Shown here: in pieces, positions 21,002 through 29,765 of the stretch | Layout of the letters: the number at the start of each line of letters is the position of its first letter | Position numbering within the stretch: position 1 is the stretch's first letter | Source of the DNA: Pseudomonadota bacterium | GTDB lineage: Bacteria > Bdellovibrionota_B > Oligoflexia > Oligoflexales > RGVZ01 | DNA: 43,703 bases | Direction of reading: 5' to 3' | Assembly: GCA_041178085.1 (NCBI GenBank) | Contig: JBEGVZ010000088.1 | Location: 1-43,703 of the forward strand | Program-made: the position numbers and the translations under genes | The notes under the pieces: model-generated | What the model saw: only the letters and a program-made list of their open reading frames with translations | Database searches by the model: none | Told to the model about the DNA's origin: nothing

Positions 21002-21829
21002 CTATTTCTGACGGCGATCGCGAATGATGTCTTTCGCGGTACGCTTGTTCTTACGAGTCTTGTAACCCTTCGTCGGCTGTGCCCATGGGCTGACCGGATG
21101 ACGGCCACCTTTTGCACGACCTTCACCACCACCGTGCGGGTGATCGCAGGGGTTCATGGTCATACCGCGGACCGTCGGACGAATACCCATCCAGCGGCTA
21201 CGACCGGCCTTGCCGACCGTCACGTTGAAGTGGTCTGGATTGCTGACCTGACCAATCACTGCGAAGCAGTTGTCATTGATCCGGCGCATCTCGCCACTTG
21301 GCATGCGGAGCTGAGCGTAGCCATCAATGCGACCGATCAGCTGAGCGTAGACACCAGCGCTGCGAGCCATCTGGCCGCCCTTGCCGGGACGCATTTCGAT
21401 GTTGTGAACGAACGTACCGAGCGGGATCGCCCGCAGCGGCATGGCGTTGCCAACCTGAACGTCTGCAGAATCAGCAGCAACGATCGTGGCACCCTTCTTG
21501 AGACCCTCGGGAGCCAGGATGTAGCGGCGGTCGCCGTCCGCATACACGATGCGAGCGATGAAAGCCGTACGGTTCGGATCGTACTCAATAAACTCAACCT
21601 TGCCCGGTACGTCGCGCTTGTCACGGCGCCAGTCGATCAGGCGGTAGTGACGGCGAACGCCGCCGCCCTGGTGACGGACGGTGATACGGCCTGTGTTGTT
21701 GCGGCCTGAGTGCTTCTTCAGCGCAACGGTCAAACGCGCGCACGGCTCAACCTGGTCAATGTTGCTGTAGTCAACGACGGAGGCGCCGCGGCGACCTGGC
21801 GTTGTTGGCTTCAAAATCTTCACTGCCAT
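21002..21829 (-). CDS. rplB: 50S ribosomal protein L2
   Basis: [36 protein letters not shown]. Confidence 0.99.
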   Translation of the reverse strand: MAVKILKPTTPGRRGASVVDYSNIDQVEPCARLTVALKKHSGRNNTGRITVRHQGGGVRRHYRLIDWRRDKRDVPGKVEFIEYDPNRTAFIARIVYADGDRRYILAPEGLKKGATIVAADSADVQVGNAMPLRAIPLGTFVHNIEMRPGKGGQMARSAGVYAQLIGRIDGYAQLRMPSGEMRRINDNCFAVIGQVSNPDHFNVTVGKAGRSRWMGIRPTVRGMTMNPCDHPHGGGEGRAKGGRHPVSPWAQPTKGYKTRKNKRTAKDIIRDRRQK

Positions 21830-21878
21830 AACTGTTCTTCCCTCATGAACCCGCCAAAGCGGGCTTCCGTTTCAACGA

Positions 21879-22166
21879 TTACTGGTCTTCAAACAGCGGA
21901 AGTTTTGCCCCTGCTGCCAACGTCACCACAGCCTTCTTGCACTTGCTGTCGAGCGAGAGGTGCAGTCCGCGCCGACGAATCTTGCCGCGGGTGATCATGG
22001 TCTGAACCTTGCTCACCTTGACGTTGTAAATCTTCTCAACCGCACGCTGGACGTCTTCCTTGGTCGACTTCAAGTTCACTTCGAAGGTGTACTTGCCGCC
22101 AATTTCCCGAGCGTCGTTGCTCTTCTCAGAGAGGACGGGCCTGACGAGGACGTTATAGAGGTTCAT
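21879..22166 (-). CDS. rplW: 50S ribosomal protein L23
   Basis: RPVLSEKS; YTFEV; KKAVVTL; position between rplD and rplB. Confidence 0.96.
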   Translation of the reverse strand: MNLYNVLVRPVLSEKSNDAREIGGKYTFEVNLKSTKEDVQRAVEKIYNVKVSKVQTMITRGKIRRRGLHLSLDSKCKKAVVTLAAGAKLPLFEDQ

Positions 22167-22168
22167 GG

Positions 22169-22792
22169 TTATTTCTCCTCAAAACGCTGGTGCAACGTGT
22201 TCAGGGCGGTCTCGCTGATGACCAGCGACTCATAACGGAGCAGGTGCTCTGCGTTAAGCTCAGCCGGGGTCACCGAAGCCGCGCCGTGGATGTTGCGTGT
22301 TGATTTGTAGAGCAGGTCGTCCTTGCGCTCGTCCGAGAGGACCGCCTTGGACACGCCGAGTGCACCAAGTGCGCCCAGAACGTGCTTCGTGCTGTACTTG
22401 CTCAGGGCAAAGTCGCTGACCACAACCAGCTTGCCGTGACGGACCTTGTCCGAAAGGGCCACTTTGAGGGCCAGCTGGCGAAGCTTCTGGTTGGTCTTTT
22501 CACGGTAGTCCCTCGGCTGCGGACCGAACACAACCGCACCGCCCGGCATGAGTGGCGAACGGCTGGTACCTTGGCGGGCACCACCAGTGCCTTTTTGCTT
22601 GAATGGCTTCTTGCCACCACCCGCAACAAAAGCGCGGGTCTTGGTGCAGTGCGTACCTTGGCGACGGGCAGCCTGGTAGCTCTTCACCACGAGGTGGAGC
22701 ACATGCTCGTTCATGTCGACGCCGTAGATCGCTTCCGGCAGTTTGATCGACTTCACTGCTTTGCCTTTGATGTCTTTTACCTGGATTTCCAT
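22169..22792 (-). CDS. rplD: 50S ribosomal protein L4
   Basis: RQGTH; GGGKKPFKQKGTGGARQG; FGPQPRDY. Confidence 0.98.
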   Translation of the reverse strand: MEIQVKDIKGKAVKSIKLPEAIYGVDMNEHVLHLVVKSYQAARRQGTHCTKTRAFVAGGGKKPFKQKGTGGARQGTSRSPLMPGGAVVFGPQPRDYREKTNQKLRQLALKVALSDKVRHGKLVVVSDFALSKYSTKHVLGALGALGVSKAVLSDERKDDLLYKSTRNIHGAASVTPAELNAEHLLRYESLVISETALNTLHQRFEEK

Positions 22793-22803
22793 GGGTGCCT
22801 ACC

Positions 22804-23442
22804 TCAAGCCTTGATCGAGGGCTTAACGAACAAAAAATTGTTGTTGTAGCCCGGAACGGATCCGCAAACCGCGATCACGTTGTTCTTGGTATCAACGTCC
22901 AGAACACGCAGGTTCTGGATGGTGCGCTGCTCGTCACCGTACTGACCGGTCTGCGGCTTATTCTTAAATACGCGACCCGGGGTGGTACGTGTACCGAGGG
23001 AGCCCGGGCGGCGGTGGAAACGCGAACCGTGGGTCATACGACCGCAGGCAGTGTTCCAACGCTTGACAGAACCGGTGAATCCGCGGCCTTTGGTCAGACC
23101 CGTCACGTCGACTGATTTCACGCCTTCAAGAAGGGCAACTGTAAGAGCTGCGCCAGCTTCGAGACCTTCCACCGGCTTCTCGCTACGGAATTCCTTGAAG
23201 CGGGCAAAATTGTCCGAAACGTTCGCCTTGCGGAGACGGCCGGTGTCAGCCTTGGTCAGGCGGTTTTCGCGCTTCGGGTAGTAACCGACCTGGACTGCGC
23301 TGTAGCCGTCACGCTCGGTCGTCAGGACCTTGGTGACCTTCTGTTCCTGGACCTGGAGAAGGGTAACCGGGACCATGTGGCCTTCGGGATCCATCATCCT
23401 TGTCATTCCGATTTTCTTTGCAACCAATGCTTTCACGTTCAT
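22804..23442 (-). CDS. rplC: 50S ribosomal protein L3
   Basis: [44 protein letters not shown]. Confidence 0.98.
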   Translation of the reverse strand: MNVKALVAKKIGMTRMMDPEGHMVPVTLLQVQEQKVTKVLTTERDGYSAVQVGYYPKRENRLTKADTGRLRKANVSDNFARFKEFRSEKPVEGLEAGAALTVALLEGVKSVDVTGLTKGRGFTGSVKRWNTACGRMTHGSRFHRRPGSLGTRTTPGRVFKNKPQTGQYGDEQRTIQNLRVLDVDTKNNVIAVCGSVPGYNNNFLFVKPSIKA

Positions 23443-23503
23443 TCTCGCAACCTGCTTTCAGTTCGTTATTTGTGCCTCAACGACTGATTCTAGGGACGGA
23501 GGC

Positions 23504-23815
23504 TCAGTACAACTTGATCTCGACATCCACACCGGATGCAAGGTCGAGCTTCATGAGCGCGTCGATGGTTTGTTGCTTTGGCTCGAGGATATCGAGAACA
23601 CGCTTGTGCGTGCGGACTTCAAACTGCTCGCGGGACTTTTTGTCCACGTGCGGACTACGGAGGACCGTGTAACGGTTAATGGCCGTCGGCAGTGGGATCG
23701 GGCCTGCAACACGTGCGCCCGTGCGCTTGGCACGTTCGACGATGTCGGCAGCTGCCTGGTCCAGCAGACGGTAATCGTAGCCTCTCAAACGGATTCTGAT
23801 TTTTTGGCTTTCCAT
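23504..23815 (-). CDS. rpsJ: 30S ribosomal protein S10
   Basis: [31 protein letters not shown]. Confidence 0.99.
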   Translation of the reverse strand: MESQKIRIRLRGYDYRLLDQAAADIVERAKRTGARVAGPIPLPTAINRYTVLRSPHVDKKSREQFEVRTHKRVLDILEPKQQTIDALMKLDLASGVDVEIKLY

Positions 23816-23996
23816 TCTCTCGCAACCTACTGCATTCGTTGTTCGTTTAAGGGAACTTGAAACAACTTGCCTGGGTAAGTTGGGCCACGTCCGGAGGGGT
23901 CGTTTGCGGAGATTGCAACCTTGTCGGTTGCCAACATTCGCAGAGAAACTCTCTGATCGACGGCATTGGCTTGCTGTTAAGCAGGCTTACCCAAGT
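23816..23996 (-). ncRNA. Candidate structured cis-regulatory 5' leader of the S10 operon
   Basis: Nested complementary segments: TGGGTAAG 23872-79/CTTACCCA 23986-93; GCCA 23884-87/TGGC 23967-70; GTCG 23899-902/CGAC 23958-61; hairpins GCAACC 23915-20/GGTTGC 23926-31 and CAGAGA 23941-46/TCTCTG 23950-55. Confidence 0.55.
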
Positions 23997-24002
23997 CGCG
24001 AG

Positions 24003-24032
24003 GTTCTAAACTTTGATGGCTGAAGCTGTCAA
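24003..24032 (-). promoter_or_regulatory. Putative sigma70 promoter of the S10 operon
   Basis: Perfect TTGACA (24032-27)-N18-TAGAAC (24008-03) on the - strand; predicted TSS near 23996. Confidence 0.65.
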
Positions 24033-24059
24033 GCGAAATGAGGCAGGAATTGCAGCGAT

Positions 24060-25142
24060 TTATTTTGCAGCAGGCAAGGCCCCCTTGGCGGGGCTGCCCG
24101 TGTACCAACGGTCGTGGGCCTTTTCCTCAAGCTCCTTGCGCTCCTTGCGCGATCTGACCGACCACTGTCCTGGGTTGGCCGCAGCCCGGGTCATGAAGTC
24201 CAACAAAGCGACATGACGGCGCAAAATCCGGCGATACCGGTGTCTGATGACCGGGTTGAACGCGCCCAGCAAGGAAAGGATCTGGCGCGGGTTCTTCTTT
24301 ACCCACAGCCAAGAGCCAAGTTCGAGCGCCAACGGCAGGAAGCGTCCGGGAGGGTTTTTCTCTGCAACGTACTCGTCGTGGAAGTAGTCCCAAAGGTCCC
24401 CGTGGGTTGTGTAATTCAGTGCCTGGGGTTCGACCTGATAAACGTGATGGGGGTAAGTCCGGTCCAATAGCCCGCTCAATTTGAAAACTTCAGCCACGGC
24501 AGGAAAGGGCTCAAGAGACTTGGCATACGGAAACCAAAGGCGGTCAACAGTGCCAAACCCCGAATGAACATCCAGGCTCAAGGCAGCCTCGGCCGGGAAA
24601 ACAGCTTCGCGGACCAAGTGCTCGAGGGCCGCCGCTTCCTTTTCCATCCCGTCGCCAGAAACAGGTTCCGGGCCACGAAACCATGGCATGAATGGTCCCA
24701 GCCGATGACCCCCAACAAACGGAATCCAGTGCGGCTGGGTTGCTTCGACCGGGGCATTGCGCATGAGGTCCACCCCGCGGCCATTGGAGCGGGTGCGCAT
24801 CAGCATTCCGGCTGGATTCAGCAAGGGTACGACAATCAAACGGGTTTTCTTGAACAGGGCGCTTTGCGTGGAATCCCAAGCCATGTGGCTGAAGAGGGTT
24901 TTCATGAAAGAAGTCACGACATGGGTGCCAATACGTTCCAGGCCGTGAACGCCGCCCACCAGCAAAAAAACGGGAGTTTCGGGATCTTCCGGACCAGTCT
25001 CGAAGCAATGGATCGGTAAAGCGACCCCGTGATGGGTTACGGAGTCGAGGATACGAACACGCATTCCGGGCGGCAAGTCCGCGGCGAGTCGATCAATTTC
25101 AGTGAGTTCCGGCACGTTCCGGGCAAGCGCCAGCAAATCCAT
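24060..25142 (-). CDS. M14-family zinc carboxypeptidase/deacylase
   Basis: HxxE motif GGVHGLE; NPAG; RSNGRGVDLMRN; DVHSGFG; catalytic Glu in LELG. No signal peptide seen. Confidence 0.8.
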   Translation of the reverse strand: MDLLALARNVPELTEIDRLAADLPPGMRVRILDSVTHHGVALPIHCFETGPEDPETPVFLLVGGVHGLERIGTHVVTSFMKTLFSHMAWDSTQSALFKKTRLIVVPLLNPAGMLMRTRSNGRGVDLMRNAPVEATQPHWIPFVGGHRLGPFMPWFRGPEPVSGDGMEKEAAALEHLVREAVFPAEAALSLDVHSGFGTVDRLWFPYAKSLEPFPAVAEVFKLSGLLDRTYPHHVYQVEPQALNYTTHGDLWDYFHDEYVAEKNPPGRFLPLALELGSWLWVKKNPRQILSLLGAFNPVIRHRYRRILRRHVALLDFMTRAAANPGQWSVRSRKERKELEEKAHDRWYTGSPAKGALPAAK

Positions 25143-25184
25143 CCTGACCCCCAAAATCTCTGACAGGCAAAGGAGGTTTCGGCA

Positions 25185-25973
25185 TCAAACAATGGGGACG
25201 TAACTCTCGACGATTTGAGAATAGGCCGCTGCAGCAAGACTTTTCCTGTCAGATCCGTCAGTTATGGGAACGCTTTGAAGGCGGGTCACCGCCACCGTGA
25301 TGGCACCCCGGCGGCTCACGTTCAGGATGTGGTCCAGGAATGTCATGTCACCGTACCAGCAAAGCTCATCACGGTTGTGCACACCGACTGCTTCGCCGCC
25401 GATGGCGCGGTAGTTGATGCAGTATGGAAGCAAAGGCCGACCAGCCATGATGGCTGCGTCCATCAGTGAGACCTTGAACGGCAGAACAGAGCTTCCGTTG
25501 GTCGATGTCGCCTCGGGGAAGACAACCACATTGAGTCCGCTGCGAAGGGATCCGGCAATTTCCTTTACTTCACGGTCAATCTGCTCGCGGTTGCGGCGCT
25601 CGACAAAGTGGCAACCACCAGCGCGTGCCATGAAGCCAAGAAAGCCTGATTCGCGGATCTCCACAGACGTGACGAACAAAGTCGGCTGGATCGCCGCAAT
25701 GACAAGGATATCCAAATACGACAAATGGTTTGAGACAATCAGATGGCTTGCAACGGATTTTTGCCGGGAGAACGCTTGCCCTTCATGGGTTGTTTTCTCT
25801 ACCGAGATGCCCAGGATCCTTAGACCCAGCCGGCACATCCAATGCAACCACACAGCTGCGGCACGCCGGGCCCGGACTGTATTGCCGAGCACCAGACGCA
25901 TCGGAATTGCGACCAATAGAAACAAACCGATTGCCGAAAAAAGAACTGCAAAACGAAGGTATCCGATCAGCAC
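25185..25973 (-). CDS. PlsC-family lysophospholipid acyltransferase (OlsA-like)
   Basis: HX4D motif NHLSYLD; FVERR; FPEATS; overlaps the upstream GNAT gene. Confidence 0.85.
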   Translation of the reverse strand: MLIGYLRFAVLFSAIGLFLLVAIPMRLVLGNTVRARRAAAVWLHWMCRLGLRILGISVEKTTHEGQAFSRQKSVASHLIVSNHLSYLDILVIAAIQPTLFVTSVEIRESGFLGFMARAGGCHFVERRNREQIDREVKEIAGSLRSGLNVVVFPEATSTNGSSVLPFKVSLMDAAIMAGRPLLPYCINYRAIGGEAVGVHNRDELCWYGDMTFLDHILNVSRRGAITVAVTRLQSVPITDGSDRKSLAAAAYSQIVESYVPIV

Positions 25974-26803
25974 AGCTTGAATTTCCTCTCGTAGGCCTTG
26001 CCCAGGTTGCGCATGTCGAGCAGGGTCAGAAAATCAGCACATTTGAAATCAGGGTCGACGGACGGTTCGCCAATCACTTTGGCGCCAGCACGCAAGTATG
26101 ACTTGAGCAGGGCCGGGATCATGTCACCGGAATCAGGCAACGGATTCCGCTCTGCAGCTTCCAGGTGCCGGTGGAAGCCTGGAACCCGGAATCCTTCGAT
26201 CGGGAGGCACGGCAAGGTTTCATCCACATTTCCGGCAGCACGCAGTTCCCGGTAAACACGGGCGATGTCGGCTGGGTCCATTGTCTTGACGCTGCTCATT
26301 CCAAAAAGGAAATCCACACCCGCCGCCTGGACGTACTGGACAAGGCCACGCCACAGGAGGCCGATCACAGTGCCGTTGCGGTATTCCTTGTGGATGCAGG
26401 CGCGCGAAAGCTCAAGCTTGACCCCGGAAATCGCCTTCAGGGGGCTCATGTCAAACTCAGTCTCAGAATAAAAATACGGGGCACGTCCCTCGAGCAAGAG
26501 CCGGTAAGTTCCGACAAAACATCCCGTTTTCTGATCCATGATGACCAGGTGATCGCTCCACGCATCGAAGCGGTCAAGATCGAGGCCAAAAGGAAACTTC
26601 TTCTGCTTGTACTCACGATGAAAGACATCGTAGCGAAGGCTCTGGACCTGCAACAACTCCCGCTTGGAACGCACAGTTTTTACCAGGAAATCGCCGCGCG
26701 AAAACTCAACAATCGGAATGACCTTTCCTTGGCGGACAGTCGGTCTTTGGGCGGGACGCAAACGCAAGGAAGGAATGTTCTGGATGATCTTCTGGGACAG
26801 CAT
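25967..26803 (-). CDS. GNAT-family N-acyl amino acid synthase (OlsB-like)
   Basis: QSLRYDVF; DLDRFD..DHL; VGTYRLL; FYSETEFD; LELSRACIHKEYRNG; PALLKSYLRAGAKV; DPDF. Confidence 0.85.
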   Translation of the reverse strand: MLSQKIIQNIPSLRLRPAQRPTVRQGKVIPIVEFSRGDFLVKTVRSKRELLQVQSLRYDVFHREYKQKKFPFGLDLDRFDAWSDHLVIMDQKTGCFVGTYRLLLEGRAPYFYSETEFDMSPLKAISGVKLELSRACIHKEYRNGTVIGLLWRGLVQYVQAAGVDFLFGMSSVKTMDPADIARVYRELRAAGNVDETLPCLPIEGFRVPGFHRHLEAAERNPLPDSGDMIPALLKSYLRAGAKVIGEPSVDPDFKCADFLTLLDMRNLGKAYERKFKLC

Positions 26804-27050
26804 GGCGGACTCCGTTGCGGGTTGGTCTTATTTCACAAGCCCTGTCGTGGGGCAAGATTAGTCCCGCAAGGTTAAGCACCAATAAAGATCCTCTTAACAC
26901 TGGCGCTAGCCAGCCGACGGCTTCGTTGCCCTGCCCACGGCTTTGACAGGCGCCAGCTTTCTGCGGACTGAGTGATTTAGAACACCGGCTAAAAACAGGT
27001 CAACAAGCTGAAATAATTGGGTTTTATTTTACCCGCCTTGTTCCATGAGT

Positions 27051-27066
27051 TGGACAGGCGATTGCT
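27051..27066 (+). promoter_or_regulatory. Possible sigma54 (-24/-12) promoter
   Basis: TGGACAGGCGATTGCT gives GG-N10-GC with TTGCT, an AT-rich tract upstream, and ATG 27092 about 25 nt downstream. The -24 box deviates from TGGCAC. Confidence 0.3.
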
Positions 27067-27091
27067 ACCAAGTCGAGAAGGAGGGCCACCC

Positions 27092-27376
27092 ATGGCCGGA
27101 GCAACGGAACTGGTATTTCATGAAGACTTCCACCCAGACACAGTCGCCGCCATCAATGAGATGCGCGAAATAAGACTGGGAAGCCTGCTGCAGATGCAAG
27201 GCAACCTGGCAAAGACTGCCGCGGCGATCGGCGCAAGCGGGCCAGAGGTAAGCAACCTCAAGCATGACCTGGAACAACGCATCATCAGCCTGAAAGACCG
27301 CCTGGCGAACCCCAACCGGATCTTTTCCGACGAACTCGAACTTTACATGGAACTACTGGCTAACCCGGAAGGGTGA
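27092..27376 (+). CDS. Hypothetical helical protein (94 aa)
   Basis: GAAGGAGG RBS before ATG 27092; fills the gap between the olsB-like gene and map; no recognised motif. Confidence 0.6.
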   Translation: MAGATELVFHEDFHPDTVAAINEMREIRLGSLLQMQGNLAKTAAAIGASGPEVSNLKHDLEQRIISLKDRLANPNRIFSDELELYMELLANPEG

Positions 27377-28118
27377 GGATTTCCACTGACCCGTCGCCGC
27401 GAATGGCGATGGTGTGTTCAAACTGTGCCGAAAGCCTGCGATCAATCGTCACCGCAGTCCAACCGTCACTCAAGACTTTCGTCTTCCAATGCCCCTCATT
27501 GATCATCGGCTCGATGGTGAACGTCATGCCAGGCTCGAGCCGCGGGCCCTTGCCCCGGAGACCGTAGTGCGGCACCTGCGGATCCTCGTGAAATCCCTTG
27601 CCAATGCCGTGCCCGACAAACTCACGGACAACGCTGAAACCCTCGCGTTCGACAAACTCCATGATCTCGGCGCCGATATCGCCAACGCGCCCTCCGGCCT
27701 GAACTGCGCCGATGCCGCGGTGCAGTGCATCCTCGGCACACTTCACAAGACGAATGGCTACGGGCTTGTGACCCTGCCCGACCAGGAAAGTCTTTGACGT
27801 GTCGCCATGATAGCCGTCCAGTATGGTGGTCACATCGACGTTGATGATGTCGCCATCTTTTAGCTTTTGTTTCGGGTCAGGAATGCCGTGGCAAACGACC
27901 TCATTGACGGACGTACAGATTGATTTCGGAAAGCCTTTGTAATTCAAGGGCGCTGCAATGGCACCCTTGGACGTGATGAACTCGTGGCAAAGGTCGTTCA
28001 ATTCCAGGGTGGTTACGCCTGGTTTCACATGCTGCTCGATCATGACAAGGCACTGCGCGGCGAGCCGGCAGCTGGCTTTCATGGCATCAATTTCCTGGTC
28101 TGACTTCAGTACGATCAA
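27360..28118 (-). CDS. map: Type I methionine aminopeptidase
   Basis: YKGFPKSICTSVNEVVCHGIP; DGYHGDTS; GHGIG..FHE; FTIEPMIN; AQFEHT. Confidence 0.97.
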   Translation of the reverse strand: MIVLKSDQEIDAMKASCRLAAQCLVMIEQHVKPGVTTLELNDLCHEFITSKGAIAAPLNYKGFPKSICTSVNEVVCHGIPDPKQKLKDGDIINVDVTTILDGYHGDTSKTFLVGQGHKPVAIRLVKCAEDALHRGIGAVQAGGRVGDIGAEIMEFVEREGFSVVREFVGHGIGKGFHEDPQVPHYGLRGKGPRLEPGMTFTIEPMINEGHWKTKVLSDGWTAVTIDRRLSAQFEHTIAIRGDGSVEILTLPG

Positions 28119-28169
28119 GGTTCACCTGGTATCTCGGTTGCCGGGAGCCCCTGTGTAGCGCATCAGCGC

Positions 28170-29717
28170 TCAGAGCACAAGTAACCTGAACCAGTCGGGA
28201 TCAGCAAAATCCGGCTTTGTCGAAGCCTTCAGGGAACGATCCACACATACCCCCACCTGAAGCACCGGGGAAAACACCTCGGCGTCGTAAAGACGTTCGT
28301 GAATTTTCTGGAGTAACGTGAAATCAGGGGCCATCGTCGTCAGGGACAACGCGTAGGATTTCAGCAGGCGCATCGTTGCCGGGTCACGGGACAGCATGCT
28401 TCCGTTGAGGGCGGCCGACCTGGGCAGAACTGAAAGGAAATTTATGTCCGGCCAGTCCGGTGACAGGTTGCCGATGATCCCGTCCACGGCAGGATCCGTT
28501 GAAGGAACAAATTCAGTACGTATCCCGATCAGCGCGAAGCTGTCCCCGATCACTTTCTGCAAAAGCTCGGATCCTGGTGATTGCGGGCCAGAGGTTGCCA
28601 ACTTGAGCACCACTGGCTTGCCGGTTTTCCTGTCAAGGCGCGGGGAATCGGCAGTCGCACGGTGCCAGCCAAGCCGGTCAAGCGCCGCCGAGGCCTCATC
28701 GACGCTGTATGGCCGGATTCTCAATGCGGCATTGTAGCCGGGGTGTTGGCGTGGAATCACCGATGTGACGAGTTCTCCCAGACCCTGGGTGCCCGCCCGG
28801 GACAACTCCCCGCGTGGCAGGATCTGGGTCAAGGCCTTGCGCACTTGGGGAGACGAAACCAACCCGCCCGGATTGCCCTCGCGCCAGGAAATACCGACCA
28901 CCGATGGAAATGGCACCGCACGCCGGCATTTCTGTCCCTTGCTCATCTCCGATGCAAAAGAAAACGCAAGCACGGGTGAAGCGCCACCGCCCGATGCAGA
29001 CTGCGAAGCAGCCTGGATCCTGATCGGCGTGCGTCTGGTTGCCGGGTAACCTTTCGATGGCATCAGGTCCACCCAGCCCGGGGCCGCCGGACCGTATGCG
29101 TACAGCCCGGCACATTCAACGGACGGGGTTTGTGCTGGCTGTTCAGGGGATACTGATCCTGTGGAGACAGTTCTGAAAAACGGCAGGTTGTTGAACAAGT
29201 AGGGACCAAACTGGGGTGGTTCGCGCCAAACGACCCGGACTGTGGCACCTGCACCTTTGGCTGGAGGGGTTTCAGCGACATCGAATGAGGGACATGAAGC
29301 GTCGCCGCCAAGGATGGAACGAACGGCCGTACACATGTTCTCGCGCAAATAGGCCGCCAGCTCAGGTCCATCCACGGGCTTGCCACTCCACCAGTAAAGC
29401 CCTGACTTCAAGACCAGCTTCCACTGTTTTGGAGATTCAACTTCGAGGTCACGCAGCAATAGCGGTTCCGACTTCTTCGCCTTCAAATTGAGGCGGGTCA
29501 GCGATGGGCAGGCAAGACGCCCGAAGACCCCGTCACCCGCGTGTGGCAATTCACCCTTTCCAGGATCACCGGGGAAGGCAAACGGCCAGCCTGAAACAGT
29601 AACCGCTGCAAACGCAGGCGCTGTAAGGCCCAGCAGTGCAAAAGCGGTGGAAGCGGAAAAAATAGCCTGCATTGTCGTCATCAATCGGGACCGGATGTGG
29701 GGGTTCATCACTTGCAT
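28170..29717 (-). CDS. Divergent ABC transporter solute-binding protein (family 5-like)
   Basis: Signal peptide ending PAFA; WKLVLKSGLYWWSGKPV resembles the family-5 'LRxGVxWxDGxP' motif; VRKAL; YSVDEASAALDRLGW. Start uncertain. Confidence 0.6.
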   Translation of the reverse strand: MQVMNPHIRSRLMTTMQAIFSASTAFALLGLTAPAFAAVTVSGWPFAFPGDPGKGELPHAGDGVFGRLACPSLTRLNLKAKKSEPLLLRDLEVESPKQWKLVLKSGLYWWSGKPVDGPELAAYLRENMCTAVRSILGGDASCPSFDVAETPPAKGAGATVRVVWREPPQFGPYLFNNLPFFRTVSTGSVSPEQPAQTPSVECAGLYAYGPAAPGWVDLMPSKGYPATRRTPIRIQAASQSASGGGASPVLAFSFASEMSKGQKCRRAVPFPSVVGISWREGNPGGLVSSPQVRKALTQILPRGELSRAGTQGLGELVTSVIPRQHPGYNAALRIRPYSVDEASAALDRLGWHRATADSPRLDRKTGKPVVLKLATSGPQSPGSELLQKVIGDSFALIGIRTEFVPSTDPAVDGIIGNLSPDWPDINFLSVLPRSAALNGSMLSRDPATMRLLKSYALSLTTMAPDFTLLQKIHERLYDAEVFSPVLQVGVCVDRSLKASTKPDFADPDWFRLLVL

Positions 29718-29765
29718 GGACTCCTTGCAAGGTTGATATTAATGCAGATGGACTCCGGAGAGGCA

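Noticed and set aside
21847..21867. CCCGC-CAAA-GCGGG hairpin between rplW and rplB
   Set aside because: Short stem without a U-tract on the coding strand; not supportable as a terminator.
14990..23860. Long + strand ORFs over the ribosomal cluster (e.g. 14990-16306, 16321-17163, 19424-20359, 20576-21709)
   Set aside because: Antisense shadows of highly conserved, codon-biased genes; they have no recognisable motifs.
26943..26983. TTGACA on the + strand upstream of the 27092 ORF
   Set aside because: No convincing -10 box at 16-18 nt spacing.
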